Assembly (NCBI RefSeq): GCF_000002075.1
Contig: NW_004797711.1
Coordinates: 358,538-422,537, forward strand
Direction: 5' to 3'
Length of the DNA: 64,000 nucleotides
Origin: Aplysia californica
Lineage: Eukaryota
Under the pieces are notes generated by a model. It saw only the letters and a program-made list of their open reading frames with translations, was not told the origin of the DNA and searched no databases. Below are positions 36,364 through 49,100 of this stretch, in pieces. A program made the translations under genes and the position numbers. The first letter of the stretch is position 1. Each line of letters begins with the position of its first letter.

Positions 36364-39300
36364 CAGAGACTCTAAAATATAGAGACAGGAAACGAGGTCT
36401 CGCGGTCCGTGACAACAGTGCATTTGCGAACGTGACCGCTGAGACGCGAGCTAAAAATAACCAGGCGCGGTATCGACAGCGAAGCGCGTCGCGTCTAGCC
36501 TAGGCCTAGCCTAGGCCTTATCGAAACGAAGCGCGTCGCGTCTAGCGGGGCCTAGGCCTAGCTTTCTGCAGCTTAGGCCTAGCGCAATCAGAGAACTGGC
36601 CAAGGTTGCATTTGTAAACAATGCCTCTACAATTACAATTCTATACTCTTCTGGTCTACAGAAAAGGTTACACATGTTGATGAAAACAGGACAACAGATT
36701 TTAAAATTGAATTCTAGATCTAGGCCAAGTTATAAAATAATGTCGATCTAGCATAAAACCAAAACATGTTTTGATAATGTAGACCGAAAACTAGATCGAG
36801 ATCTAATTATCTAGTCGACAGTGTCAGTAGTTACATAAGAAAAAAAAAGTCATCAAGACTCTAGATCTAGATTCTAGATCTATAGGTTTCCATTTCCAGC
36901 ATAATAAAAATATGCCTGCCTTAGCCTAAATAGATCTAGATCTACATGCGTTGATCTAGATATCTAGCTTACAACATAAGCAGTTTAATTTAAGATAGCC
37001 TTCCCGGGAAGCTGAGAATGTTTCGGAGTGTTCTATGGTCTGCTGGGGTAATAATATAGTGTAAAGCACTTAGAGCCTGCTGTTGAGCGGGGATATGCGC
37101 TATACAAATGCTATCTATTATTAGCCTAATAAAGGTTAATACATTTTTACTTATTTTACTAATTAGTTACATAGCCCTGCATGGGGTCTGTGGGTAGGGA
37201 AGAGTTGGAGAGGAAAGAAAGAGAGCATGCAATAGCAGATCTATATATCCCTATAGGCAAGGGTGAGAAAAGGCAATACAGACTGTAGAAATAGAAAACA
37301 GATTTCGTTTTGTGTAGCCTAGGCTAGGCATATATGGATAAAAACAGGAATACAAAGCGACAGATCGAACTCACCAGAGTTATAAACATATATAATGCAT
37401 CTTTCATGGATTAATAGCATTTTACTGAAACTGGCTCTTACAATTAAATGGGTGAATGTGACAGTCTTTCTTAGACTGTATTGCTGTATGCATTGTCTCT
37501 TGCTGATTCTTTTGTATATTGTGTCCATACTTCTCTGTCAGGCACATAAATTTGGGACATTACAAAATTCAAGGGTGGTCCTGACAGGCTCAAGCTAGCA
37601 CTTCCTTACTTAATCATAATTAATTAAGTAAGCTTTGTAATTTCTTTGTTTCTTTAATTTTGTTATATGTATTCCGTAGTACATTTATTACAGCAGGACA
37701 TTGTCTTCTTAGATGTCAAGGGGTTTTTTTTCTTCCACTTTTAATTTCTTCTTCAAAACTCTCACATCACATTGCAGACACTATTAGATCTTTTGTCATG
37801 GACAGGACCTGTATCCTTTGGAACTGGCCTGGAGGGAACAATAATTATTTATTTTGGAGGGTTTGGAACAGTAAACCGCATGGCCACAGCATTCTGCACT
37901 AGAATTGTTCAAGATGCAGATTTCCAAAGGCAGTAGTTCAAATTGCTCAGCGCACAATGCATTCCCATGGTACACATACAGGTAACTTATGCTATTTTAA
38001 GAACCAAAGTCAGCCTTCCGATTATTCATTACCCACTTTTTTAAACATCAGAAATAAATTATAATTTTTTGGTAGGGGTGCGAAAAACTTAGATTGTAAC
38101 ACAGAGTTTTACAGCAGGCCTATACAAAAGACCGGTGCTCAAAATAAATAATACACTGTGGTGGCCCATATTCTCACGTGTGCAGTTAGATTCTAAATAT
38201 TGCAAAATTCATAGATCTATACATAGAATATAGGTCTACTCATTTAGTTTCATTTCATAAAAGAGAAATATAAGTGCTTGATGGATTAGATCTAACAGTT
38301 TTTAGTGAGTACATCTACCGGAGATTTTAAAACTAAATTTTTTTTGGGATAGAGTTAAATGACATTCATCCCACATCTAGATCTAGTTTTCATACAATAA
38401 AGTTGAATCTTGCCTGGCATATTTGGATTGGTTTAATTCTGATGAGAAGCTTGAATTTAAAAAAAAATTAATTACTAAATAATTATGTTTCACTACTCTA
38501 TCTAGTCAGTTCTGCAGAGATGGAGTCAAAGCGCCACATAGCCTACAGANNNNNNNNNNNNNNNNNNNNNNNNNNNNNNNNNNNNNNNNNNNNNNNNNNN
38601 NNNNNNNNNNNNNNNNNNNNNNNNNNNNNNNNNNNNNNNNNNNNNNNNNNNNNNNNNNNNNNNNNNNNNNNNNNNNNNNNNNNNNNNCCCCCAAATCAAT
38701 ATGAAGGCGATGATAATGTAATTTTTAACTTTTTAAAAATGGAACTTATCAGTCTCAAACTGATGAAGAAATAAAGGGGAACTCAGTGCTGGGTGATCCC
38801 GCAAAAATTCTTTCAGATCACTGGGTGAAACACTTTTTTGGCGTGTTTTCTTTTCTTTTTTTTTTAGGAAAGGCGGGGGGGGGGGGGGGGGGGGGGGGGG
38901 GCGCTTTACTGCGCCTGCGACAGCATAGGTCTCATATGAACAGGCGGGGCACATTAAACTTTTTCAGTTTGGTAAGAATTTTTAATTTTGCCCAGGTGGG
39001 GGCCAAAGTTTAGCCTACTCTTTTGATTTTAAGAACACCAAGGGATCCTTAACTTGCGCAACTTACGGGACCTCCAAGATTTTTCGCCCTTATCCGAGAA
39101 GGCTATGTGTTAGATCTTACTTACCATAAGATCAGGTGACTGAAAGAGACAGCAGTCAGATAGAAGGGGCCAATGAGTGGCAATAGTACAAATGTAGTAG
39201 TAGTAAAGGCTGCAGAAAGAGCCAGGAGCCCCAGATGCGCCACAGGAGGAGTCAAAAGGGGTGTGTGAGTGGGGGGGGGGGGGGGGCAGAAAGTGAGGAG

Positions 39301-40312
39301 GAAAAACAAACGACAGAACTTAGAGCTGGGCGGTGAAAAGAGAAAACTTTAGAGAAGAAAAATGTCTGTCCCAGTCATGTTTCAAACCTATTGAATGAGA
39401 GGCAAACACTGTAACCTAGGCTCTAAACTCTATAGACCACGGTCAGAGCCCCCAGAAAAACGTGTTTTATTCGCTAGCTATAGATCTAGATCTAGATCTA
39501 GTAAGGTTTAACAATGTTTCGTCCTCCTGCCCATGCACTGGCATGACGTGACGAACTAAGGCTAATCGACTGCACTGTCGCCTGTGCTGTGAAGAAGTAG
39601 AGGAAGGAGTGTAGTGGAGACAAACATTATACATGTACTAGGTCTATGCTATGATAATAAGCCCCAAGGATAGATCTAGATCTAGATCTAGATCTGGTCC
39701 TAGTAGGCCCACTGCATTAATTAGGCCCTTACTTCTAGACCTAGACTCTAGATCTAGATCTAGATTCAGTACTAGATTCTAGATCTAGATCTAATTGACC
39801 TGGACACTGATACTAGATCTACAATCTATCATCTAATTTAGATCTAGAGATCTAGATATCTATATCTAGATTATATCTAGAATCTAGATCTAGATCTAGA
39901 TCTAGATATCTATATCTCTAGGATTCTAGATTTAGGTCTAAAGTCTAGATCTAGATCTAGGTATTCTAGATCTAGATCTAGATCTAGATCTAAATCTAGA
40001 TAGATCTCTCTAGTCTAGTTAGGCCTACACAAGAGAAAAACGATATTATGTAAGGTTAATGAAAAAGTACATGTGCAAATTCTTACATTTCAGGGTCCTT
40101 TGGAAAGCTAACTAATGCTAGGTCTGGTATTTATGCGATCTTGAATTGGCACGGACGCAGACTGCCGCAAAACACCACTTACACTTGCAGGTGACTTGCG
40201 ACTGTCGATAGCCGCCATTAGCTTTGTTTACCGCGCCTCGTTTCACAATCAGCTGGTGACCTGGATACGCGAAAAGAGGCCTCGTTTCCAGTCTCTATTT
40301 TTAGTGTCTCTG
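36364..40312 (-). mobile_element. Decayed THAP-domain DNA transposon (P-element-like or hAT-THAP), ~3.9 kb
   Basis: Imperfect TIRs CAGAGACTCTAAAATATAGAGACAGGAAACGAGG (from 36364) and CCTCGTTTCCAGTCTCTATTTTTAGTGTCTCTG (to 40312). A 7-bp direct repeat GCCAAAT flanks both ends (36357-36363, 40313-40319). Frameshifted THAP remnants lie on -: PDLALVSFPKDPE (~40090-40130), then CLKKWVMNNRKAD, LCAEQFE and LVQNAVAMRFTVPNPP (~37855-38050). Confidence 0.8.
39478..40020. repeat. (AGATCT)n palindromic hexamer-rich tract
   Basis: Dense TAGATCTAGATCTA runs. Shorter runs recur throughout the window. Confidence 0.9.
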
Positions 40313-40540
40313 GCCAAATCAAGGGCGGTAATTCACAATTCAAAATTCACAAATTACATTGAAAATCCATAGACATGTAGGCCTAGTCTAGCCTAGATAG
40401 CTCACTCCCAGAGCCGCCGCTCTGCATACATTTTCTATAAAGTTCTGACTTTGATGTAAAGCATTTATGCGCACCATGGGCACGAGCGACACCCAAGACA
40501 GAAGAATACCGAACAATCTAGGATAATAATAACAAAGTGA

Positions 40541-40998
40541 CTATTTCTCCGAACGCTCGGGAAAACAAACTTGATCTCTATTTCTCCGAATGCGTTTCCG
40601 TTCTCTTTGGTTATTTGAGAGATTTCGGCGTAATCTTTCATTCTGTCGCTCTGCGAGGACTGCGAAAGCATTTTTTTTTTTTTTGCATCGAATTCAATTT
40701 CTAAAACTAGAGATTTTTAAATGTCTGAATATCCAGATAGCACTTCAATATTATTGTGATTGGGGCAACACTCCCGGACTAGATATCTATATAGGCTACC
40801 TACTTAATTTGAAAATACCTTCAGTTTGTACTGCGAGAAAACAAGACTGCTCAATTACCTTTTTGGCTGTAAATTTTGCATTTAGTCACCCCTGAAGCAA
40901 AAACTAAAATCCTTCATTTAAAAAAAATCCATCATAAAAAAAAATCCCTCCACGATACGCTACCCCCCCCCCCCCCCCCCAACTGGTTCACACCTTAC

Positions 40999-41090
<92 letters not shown>

Positions 41091-42580
41091 TCGCAAATAA
41101 CCAACAAATTTTGAGAATGTAAACCGATCGGAGAAATAGAGTCGTCTCAATAGTCCGCTATTTAGCGGATTTCCGCTACCGCTAGTTCTTCCGCTAAACT
41201 CCGCTACCGCGACAGCGGGCCAATCAGAAAGAGAGTTGTGGGGAGCAGGGTGACTGCCAGGCCCCGGGAATTTAAAAAAAATCGCCGAGACCCGCGAAAA
41301 TACATAAAAGATCTCAAATATTTGAAAACCAAATCCAGTAAAGTCTTAAGTTAATTTCTACCGGTCGCGATTGTGACATTAATTCGGCTCTGAGAGTACG
41401 TTTCACGCGAACTAGTGGTTTTGGCGGCAAGCGGAATTGTGTCACCAATGCTCGACTAGAAAATCAAGATCTACTTTCGCTTTCGTTACCACCCAGAAAT
41501 TTGTCAGTAATTGTCTGATAACAGAACGTTTATTGTAACATGCAGGTTCGGCATTACAAATGGAGTGTCGCCATGAAAATAAATATTCGTTACTGTGCTG
41601 TCACTTGTGGGGGCAACCAAAAAAAAAAAAAAAAATGAAAGTTATACAAGCGTCTTGTCGGGCTCGCCATTGTGACCGGTCAATGAACCTGCGCGCATTC
41701 TGAGCGCTGCGAAGTACAGGACTCAGAGATGGGGGGAGATTATTGATTTTTTTAAAAGACGCACTCGGGGATAGGGGGAGGGCTGGACGCAACACCTGAG
41801 GACAAAAACAGACAAACTGAAACTGAAAATAAATGTTTAATGTATAGAATTTTGATTACTACTTCAGCTCTCTGCGTTGGTGCAGGCCTTGTATGAAATC
41901 GGGAACGGTCATAACTTGTAAACGAGTTATGGAACTTAGGGGCCTGAGTGTTCGCGTTTCATTGGATTGGGGACAGTAAATTAGATCTCTATATTTTAGC
42001 TTTCTGTTCAAGATTCGCAGATTTTCAGTATCACTGCATCTTGCCCTCCCACAGTTCTTACACCTCTCACACTGAATAGGTCTACTTGAGCTATTCTACT
42101 GTACTTTGAGTTTGAGCATTAATTTTGTCTTTCACGTTTATTATATAGGCTTATATATATATGATATGAATCATGACAGTCGATATTCTGGTTCCAGGCT
42201 CAAAACAAGATTCATTTCTATATATAGTTTATGTATACAGGCGAATATGATGAAGGGAAAATATTAATAAGTCACACAAGACCCCAGGCGCCACCACTTT
42301 CTGTACGTAATCAAGATTGTAAATATTTACTTCGTGACTTTTACTTGAAATTATCTTCCAAACTCTCAAATTAGTGTGAAATAACCTTGCAGTGATAAAT
42401 TGATGGGTTTTTTTTCTCAGCATTGTAGGGCTCAACAGTATAATAATAATGGGTGTTTCGCGAAAATGGGCTTCTGTGGCGATCTCCTGGAAAGTTCCTC
42501 CTTTTTTGGAATTCTGAGTTGAGACCCATGAATAGAGTTCAAGTTTATTTTCCCGAGCGTTCGGAGAAATAGAGCCGGCC
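40541..42580. mobile_element. Non-autonomous DNA element, ~2.0 kb
   Basis: ~43-bp inverted repeat CTATTTCTCCGAACGCTCGGGAAAAYAAACTTGAWCTCTATT at ~40541 and ~42531-42572. The right end is GCCGGCC. No TSD resolved. Confidence 0.6.
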
Positions 42581-42680
42581 TAATTAGATAATATAATATA
42601 ATAATAATATGGGAAAGGAGGTAATTACATTTTAGCTCCTTGAATATGGACCGGACAAGCCCTGGACCGGGGCCTTCTAC

Positions 42681-43026
42681 NNNNNNNNNNNNNNNNNNNN
42701 NNNNNNNNNNNNNNNNNNNNNNNNNNNNNNNNNNNNNNNNNNNNNNNNNNNNNNNNNNNNNNNNNNNNNNNNNNNNNNNNNNNNNNNNNNNNNNNNNNNN
42801 NNNNNNNNNNNNNNNNNNNNNNNNNNNNNNNNNNNNNNNNNNNNNNNNNNNNNNNNNNNNNNNNNNNNNNNNNNNNNNNNNNNNNNNNNNNNNNNNNNNN
42901 NNNNNNNNNNNNNNNNNNNNNNNNNNNNNNNNNNNNNNNNNNNNNNNNNNNNNNNNNNNNNNNNNNNNNNNNNNNNNNNNNNNNNNNNNNNNNNNNNNNN
43001 NNNNNNNNNNNNNNNNNNNNNNNNNN
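42681..43026. other. Assembly gap (others at 38550-38687, 46851-46985, 53983-54127, 57128-57453, 63098-63256)
   Basis: Runs of N. Confidence 1.
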
Positions 43027-45347
43027 AATAACGCTATAATTTCGTGTAATTAACTAGTTGACCCCCTACAAACTATAAACAGGACATCTTGCAGCAAATA
43101 ATATGTGCTAAAGCTGGCAGTGACATTAATTAATTAAAGTAATTATAAAAATATCCGTATAACTCGACCGGCTGGGGCCTAAAAAAATCATCGACATATC
43201 ATTAGGCCTATGACTTTGTGACTTTGGAAAATACATGTCCCACTCACACACAGGCCACTTCGCGAAAAAGATTTGGAAAGTATAATAAGACTGACAAATT
43301 ATCCATCATAGCCTATTTCTTGTTGGGCTCATTAAGGAGCTTAATTAGATAGAACTAACTTTTAATCTCCTTGGTTGGGCCTTAAAAATCTGGTCTCGTC
43401 TTTTCTTTAGCCAAGTGGGCTCCGCTGAATTCGGGAAGTCTGCGAATCCGGATATATCAAAACACAGATTCGGCGAGTTCGAACTGAGGTCAATATAATA
43501 AAAACACTCACCCATTGAGAAAAATTCTGATTCCCAATCTAGGAGGTTTTAAATAATATTCTAAAGCCTTTGCTCTCGATATAGCTGAGCATTTAGATCG
43601 TGAGAATTCTTCACATGTGTACTTCGAAGAAACGGAATGTTCATTAATTGACCGAAAATCGAATAACTACCCAGCCCACTTTCTGTTTCCAGGAAACGAG
43701 AGAAAACTGGAACTGGAAGTAGGCTAGATCAACCAAGGAGCTTGAAGTAGATCTACTAAGTGGAAGGCAGAGGAAGGAAAGTCGTGAAGCGATTGTGATT
43801 GAAGTGGAAAAATTCATTCCTCTCGAATTGCAGCGAAGTGAAAAGCTCTGTGGGTGCTTTTAGTATAAATTGAGTTTTGATTCATTATCATTGCTTTTTT
43901 TAGGGGCGTACACGTAGGCCTACGCCGACGGGCAGAACCTTGCTGGGAAGATCTAATTAATTAGATCTGGATCTAGATCTAGGACAAGCAAGATCAAGAG
44001 GAGCCTCGTTAACAGTTCCAATGGCGTCAACTATTTCCCTTTCTTCTGTCATTCAATGGGATTGCACAGGCTAAAAAGAGTCTATAAAATGTTTGTTTTT
44101 TTAGATATCAGTACTCACACCCTTCTGGAAAAGTGCATATCTTACTTTTTAGATATCAGTACTCACACCCTTCTGGAAAAGTGCATATCTTACTCTAGAT
44201 TCTAGATCTAGATTAGATTCTAGATCTAAAGACATTGTTCTAACTTTCTGCTTGACTCATTCAGTTACATTTTTTTTCAGCATTTTTTTGACGAAATTAA
44301 TTTGTGTGATTTTGAGGGTGCACGGAAATAAAACAGCTTGCAGGATGGTGAAGTAGATCAATAAGTAATGTTGTAGTGACAGTTATTATATCAGTGTAAA
44401 GGTAATTGAATGTTGATATTTACTCATGTTTCAAAAGTAATAGAATTGAATAAAAATAAGGAAGCAAACGTTGGTCGGTTGGACCCGCTTCAAATTGCCA
44501 ATATTGGCTATAATAATTTACAACATTCATGTTCCTCAGTTACCAACCAATAGGCCTATATCAGATAATATTGGTGATGATACATCGAAGAATAGTTATA
44601 AGACTTATAGGGAAATATGTTATGTTCATCTAATGTGTTGAGGTGACATGAATAGCTTCCTAGCCAAGTAGATCTAGATTCTAGAGCTTGTAAAGTAATA
44701 TTTGACCCCTACGCTCGTTGAGAATGATGGCATTATACTCTTTTTAATAAAAATTCCTATATATGCTTGTTTTGTTATTCACATTCCTTGAAGCAATGGT
44801 GCAGTTTCATATGAAAACAAGATGAATGTCTGTAGGTTACAAACCTTTTTTTGTAGCCATGTTGAGTAGCAGCCTTTAATAAAAGTAGGCCTAAACAAGG
44901 TGTGCTGGGTGCAAATCTTTCAAAATTTAGACAAGTTAAAAGAAAAAAAAATATTAAAGTGTATTTTATGCCCTGATCAACACAATTTAGAGCAGGCAGG
45001 CTTCAACCCTTCTTGCCATGGCCAACCTGGGCGGAGAGGGATACAACTTCCCAGAAAAAAGACTGAGGAGATACGCGATGATTATTCTCCCCACTCGGGA
45101 ATTGAACTTGGGTCTCCAGCATGTGACGGCAAGATGCCTAACTGCTACACACCACAGATGCTGGTAAAGTTGAACAAAATTGGGGCTTGAGTTTGTCAAA
45201 TAGATGAGGTCGTGCTAGGACTGACTAAAGAAAGCCAAACAGCTTTGTCAGAGAAAAGAAAGTTGATTGGTCCAAAGTGTGGTTTGTTATAGTGCCAGTT
45301 GAGCAGCAATACTGAATCAAGGAACAATTTTTCTTGTTAATGTTTTA

Positions 45348-45587
45348 CCTATCCGTACGTCGTGTTTTACTATCGTATCCATATGACATGGGGAACTCTG
45401 TGCCTCCACTTTCCAAAGAGGACATTCACTCGTTAATCCGATCCGTACGCTTTGCATAGCAGTCTGTCAAAATGATTTTTTTGAGAAATACTGAAAGTTT
45501 CAAAGAGATCTTTGTACTAGAAGTATTCTAAAATGTGAAGAATACAACCCCGCGGGTACAAAATGACCCCAGGACGTACGGATAGGG
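45348..45587. mobile_element. piggyBac-like MITE
   Basis: CCTATCCGTACGTC...GACGTACGGATAGGG|TTAA; the left flank is TTTA. Confidence 0.65.
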
Positions 45588-45832
45588 TTAATAAGTGAGC
45601 TATAGTATAGGTTGAAAAAGCCTTGAGCAACTTTCTCTCACTAGAAAAATAGAAGGCAAAAGAGACATGATGTTTATCTCAGTTTGAGAACTTTAACAGA
45701 TGTGTGTTGGGTAAAGACCATGATAATGTATATACTAGGTTTTTCTAGAGCATCTGAACTGAAAAACTTTCTTGGAGAAACATAAATGCGGATCTCTGTT
45801 TCAGATCTAGCACTTGGAAGTAGCAGTATATA

Positions 45833-45960
45833 GTACATGGGATGATGGTAAAGTGGGGAGGGGTGTACATGGGATGATGGTAAAGTGGGGAGGGGTGTAC
45901 ATGGGATGATGGTAAAGTGGGGAGGGGTGTACATGGGATGATGGTAAAGTAGGGAGGGGT
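45833..45960. repeat. 32-bp minisatellite x4
   Basis: GTACATGGGATGATGGTAAAGTGGGGAGGGGT units. Confidence 0.9.
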
Positions 45961-46157
45961 GACATATAATCCTTCCTCATTGTGCTTTCTAAAACATGCC
46001 TGAACTGAGTACTTGTCGATTTTGAATAACTTAAAAGATTTTTTCAGTCTATTTTGAATTACTTTTTCTAGTTTTCAGTCAATATTGAATCATTTTGTCA
46101 TCTTTTTGATGTATTTTTAATTACTTTTTCCTCTTTTCAGTTGAAAGACACACTATA

Positions 46158-49100
46158 ATGGAAGGTACCCCAAGCCAGCTTGACCTGTTGAGTAGATTCG
46201 TCTGCGTTGGATCTGAAGACGGAACATATACAGTGACCACACAGAAAAATAAGCAACAAAGTCACAGTAAGAGAAAGTCAACCTCTACAATCCTATTTTC
46301 TGCTGAAACAGAAAAACCAGAAGTTTTAAGTCCTTTCCTAGCATCAACTGAGGAGAGTTTGAGGGCTCTTGACAAGCTAAGGAAAGTATTTAAAAGAAAA
46401 TGGTACATCAGTAAGGACCCTCTGCTTTCATCCCTTGCAAGAATTGTGCGTTCTTCGGTCCCCTCCAATGAGAAAAATCATGAAAATGATGCAGTGAGAG
46501 ATCAAGCGTATAAGCTTGCACTACAAGTTTGCGAGACTTCAAAGGATCTTTTCACCTTTGTTAATTTAGATAAATTCTATGGGAAGCCCAAAGTAGACGG
46601 TAAATGTAAAGTGGGATGGGGGCGAGGTTTAAGGACTATGATTACAGAATTTTATGAGTCCAAGCCAGCGCTGAAGTTAGCTCGAGAAGTGATGCACTGC
46701 AAGCAAGCTCTGGGATTTACACACCGTGATTTGATCAGACAGTGTCACCTGCACCCCAGCAAAAAAGGCAGAGGTAAGGCTTCCTATTGGCTTTTGATGA
46801 CTACATATTGCTCTTCGGTGGAAGAGAATTTATTTTTTGTGTTTCTGTGTNNNNNNNNNNNNNNNNNNNNNNNNNNNNNNNNNNNNNNNNNNNNNNNNNN
46901 NNNNNNNNNNNNNNNNNNNNNNNNNNNNNNNNNNNNNNNNNNNNNNNNNNNNNNNNNNNNNNNNNNNNNNNNNNNNNNNNNNNNNAACATCCATCATTCT
47001 TGTGAAATTTCTCCTTCTTTTCTGTGTTTGTTGCTCTCTGGCAATACCTGTAATCTTTGGCTCTTGTATGACCTAATTGTGTTGCGAGGGCCATAAAACT
47101 TGTACTTCAACATGACAAAGCGTGTCGTGCTAGTCGGTTGGTGGGATCAGACAGACCTACCACTCATCCTTTTAATTGTGGAATGACAAACATGGACTTT
47201 TCTCAAATGTAGCCTTTATTTTTATATATATATATATATATGAAACACAGTATCTATCATAGACTCACCACTGCTCAAATGTACATCTCTGATATATGTA
47301 CATAGCATCGTCTCTGCTCGAATGTACATGTACAAAAGTGTGTCATCTCTGCCTCTTCTCCCTTCTCCTTCCTTCCTCTTTATTGCGGGTGATTGGAGGA
47401 TGCCGCGGGTAGAGCTGTCTTTCTTTCTTTTGTCTTTTTTCCCAGCACTAAGTGGCCATTTATTTGGTGATTGGGCTTCTTTTTGCTCAAACTAAATCCT
47501 TTTTACTCTTTCATCAAAGACAAGTGCTTTGCGATATTGAAATAATTTATTTGTTTCTGATGGGTAAAAGCATTTTACTTGAACAAAAAGTAAACCCACT
47601 AGCTACTGTTTACTGGGATTTTTTTTTCCGCACACTCTTTTATTTTGCATTTGTCCATTTTATTTTAAGCAAATGTTTGGAATTTGGGATTTGAGTCGCC
47701 CAGTGTCATGTATGTATTTGGGTTCCAATGCAGTAATGCCGCCTTTTCACATTTGTGAGGGATTTGAATTCGCAGATTTTAAAAAGAATCGTGAATTCAA
47801 GTAGCACACGTTAAAATAAAATAAATAAAAAGTACATAGTATCTGTTGAAACAGTGGCAGTAGCCTTGTTAGGTTGATGAACCATATTTTAAACTTGTGT
47901 GGGTTAAATCGTTGCAGGTTGTTGGGTGCGAGTGGTTGGAGGGCACCCCTGATAGGTCCTACTTCTTTTCTTTCCCTCTGTTATTTACTTCCTGTCTTAC
48001 TTGCTTTTTCTGAGTACTAAATGATGTGCTTCTCTTTAACTTTAAGCAAATAAAAGTGGTAGGATCATACATTATTGGTTTACTGGTATCTGGTGTAGGT
48101 GTTGGCACTTCTCTGTTGTAGAAGACTTGAGTTCTTTTCTGGAGGGAGGAGACATTTTTATTGAAACTCTCGATCTTTCTGCTGGGATGTTGTGTTCCTT
48201 TAGCCTGAGTTGGCTTTGATTGGCTTGGTCGAAAGCTCTCTTCCTAAATCATCTAAATAGTGATCATGGGGGTGTAAGTGAAAAAAACCACCTACATTTT
48301 TTAGAAAATGTTATCGTTTCGATCTTTCAGGCAGAGCTGAAGTAATGAATTACTTGGTGAAGGATCAGCAGCTGGTAGACTCCAAGATGGAAATGGACGA
48401 AGAGGCTCAAGCAGTGATGACCTTTCTCCAGGACGTGCACCAGCTGAAAGGAAACTTTGGAGACAACAAGGACAAAGTGCGCGTCCTGGTGGAGAAACAC
48501 GGCCTGACCAGCCAGCAGGTGCCGCCCAACTGCCTGCAGTTCAAAGAGGTACTTTACTTTACTTACTTTTCCGATCCAGCGGCTATTTGGGTTCTAGCCC
48601 TTCGGTCTGTCAATATGGCAAAGAATTGACAGGTTTTAATCAGCTGTGCTTTGTCGCTGTATAGAGTATTTCCGATGTCTGGGGAGGCAGGTAGGTAGGT
48701 GCTACACAGGTTGCAAAGTGCTGGGCAGTTAAAGAGGTGGTGTGGTACTGTTTCATCCTGGCAGTCGCACAACGGGCAGTCGGGTGGGGTATCCTTGCGG
48801 ATCCTATTAAGGGAGGAATTTAGTGGTATGTGTTGTGTTCGCAGGCGAAAGATCGTTACTTGTTGTCTTCTACTCAGGGAATTTATTGCATCTTTAGAGT
48901 TGGGGGCTGTCATGTGTGCAAATACAGTTCTTTCAGTTTTGCCCATTGCCCATCCATTGAGCCACTGTTCCCTGGTGTTGCATTTGATGATGTTCTTGGC
49001 TGTCTGTTGTGATACTGGGTTGTGAGGTTGTGTTTGTGATGCTCCCTTCTTGTCAAGGGTGTCTTCTCTAGTTCAAGGAGGTAAGATTAGATAAGACAAG

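Noticed and set aside
40182-40217. MAAIDSRKSPAS as the true first coding exon of SWI5
   Set aside because: Its donor is phase 0 whereas SWI5 exon 2 needs phase 2, and it lies inside the THAP transposon.
46774-47096. C-terminal part of the 312-aa ORF in the track
   Set aside because: It runs past the donor at 46773 into intron and N-gap; Ro60 similarity resumes at 48331.
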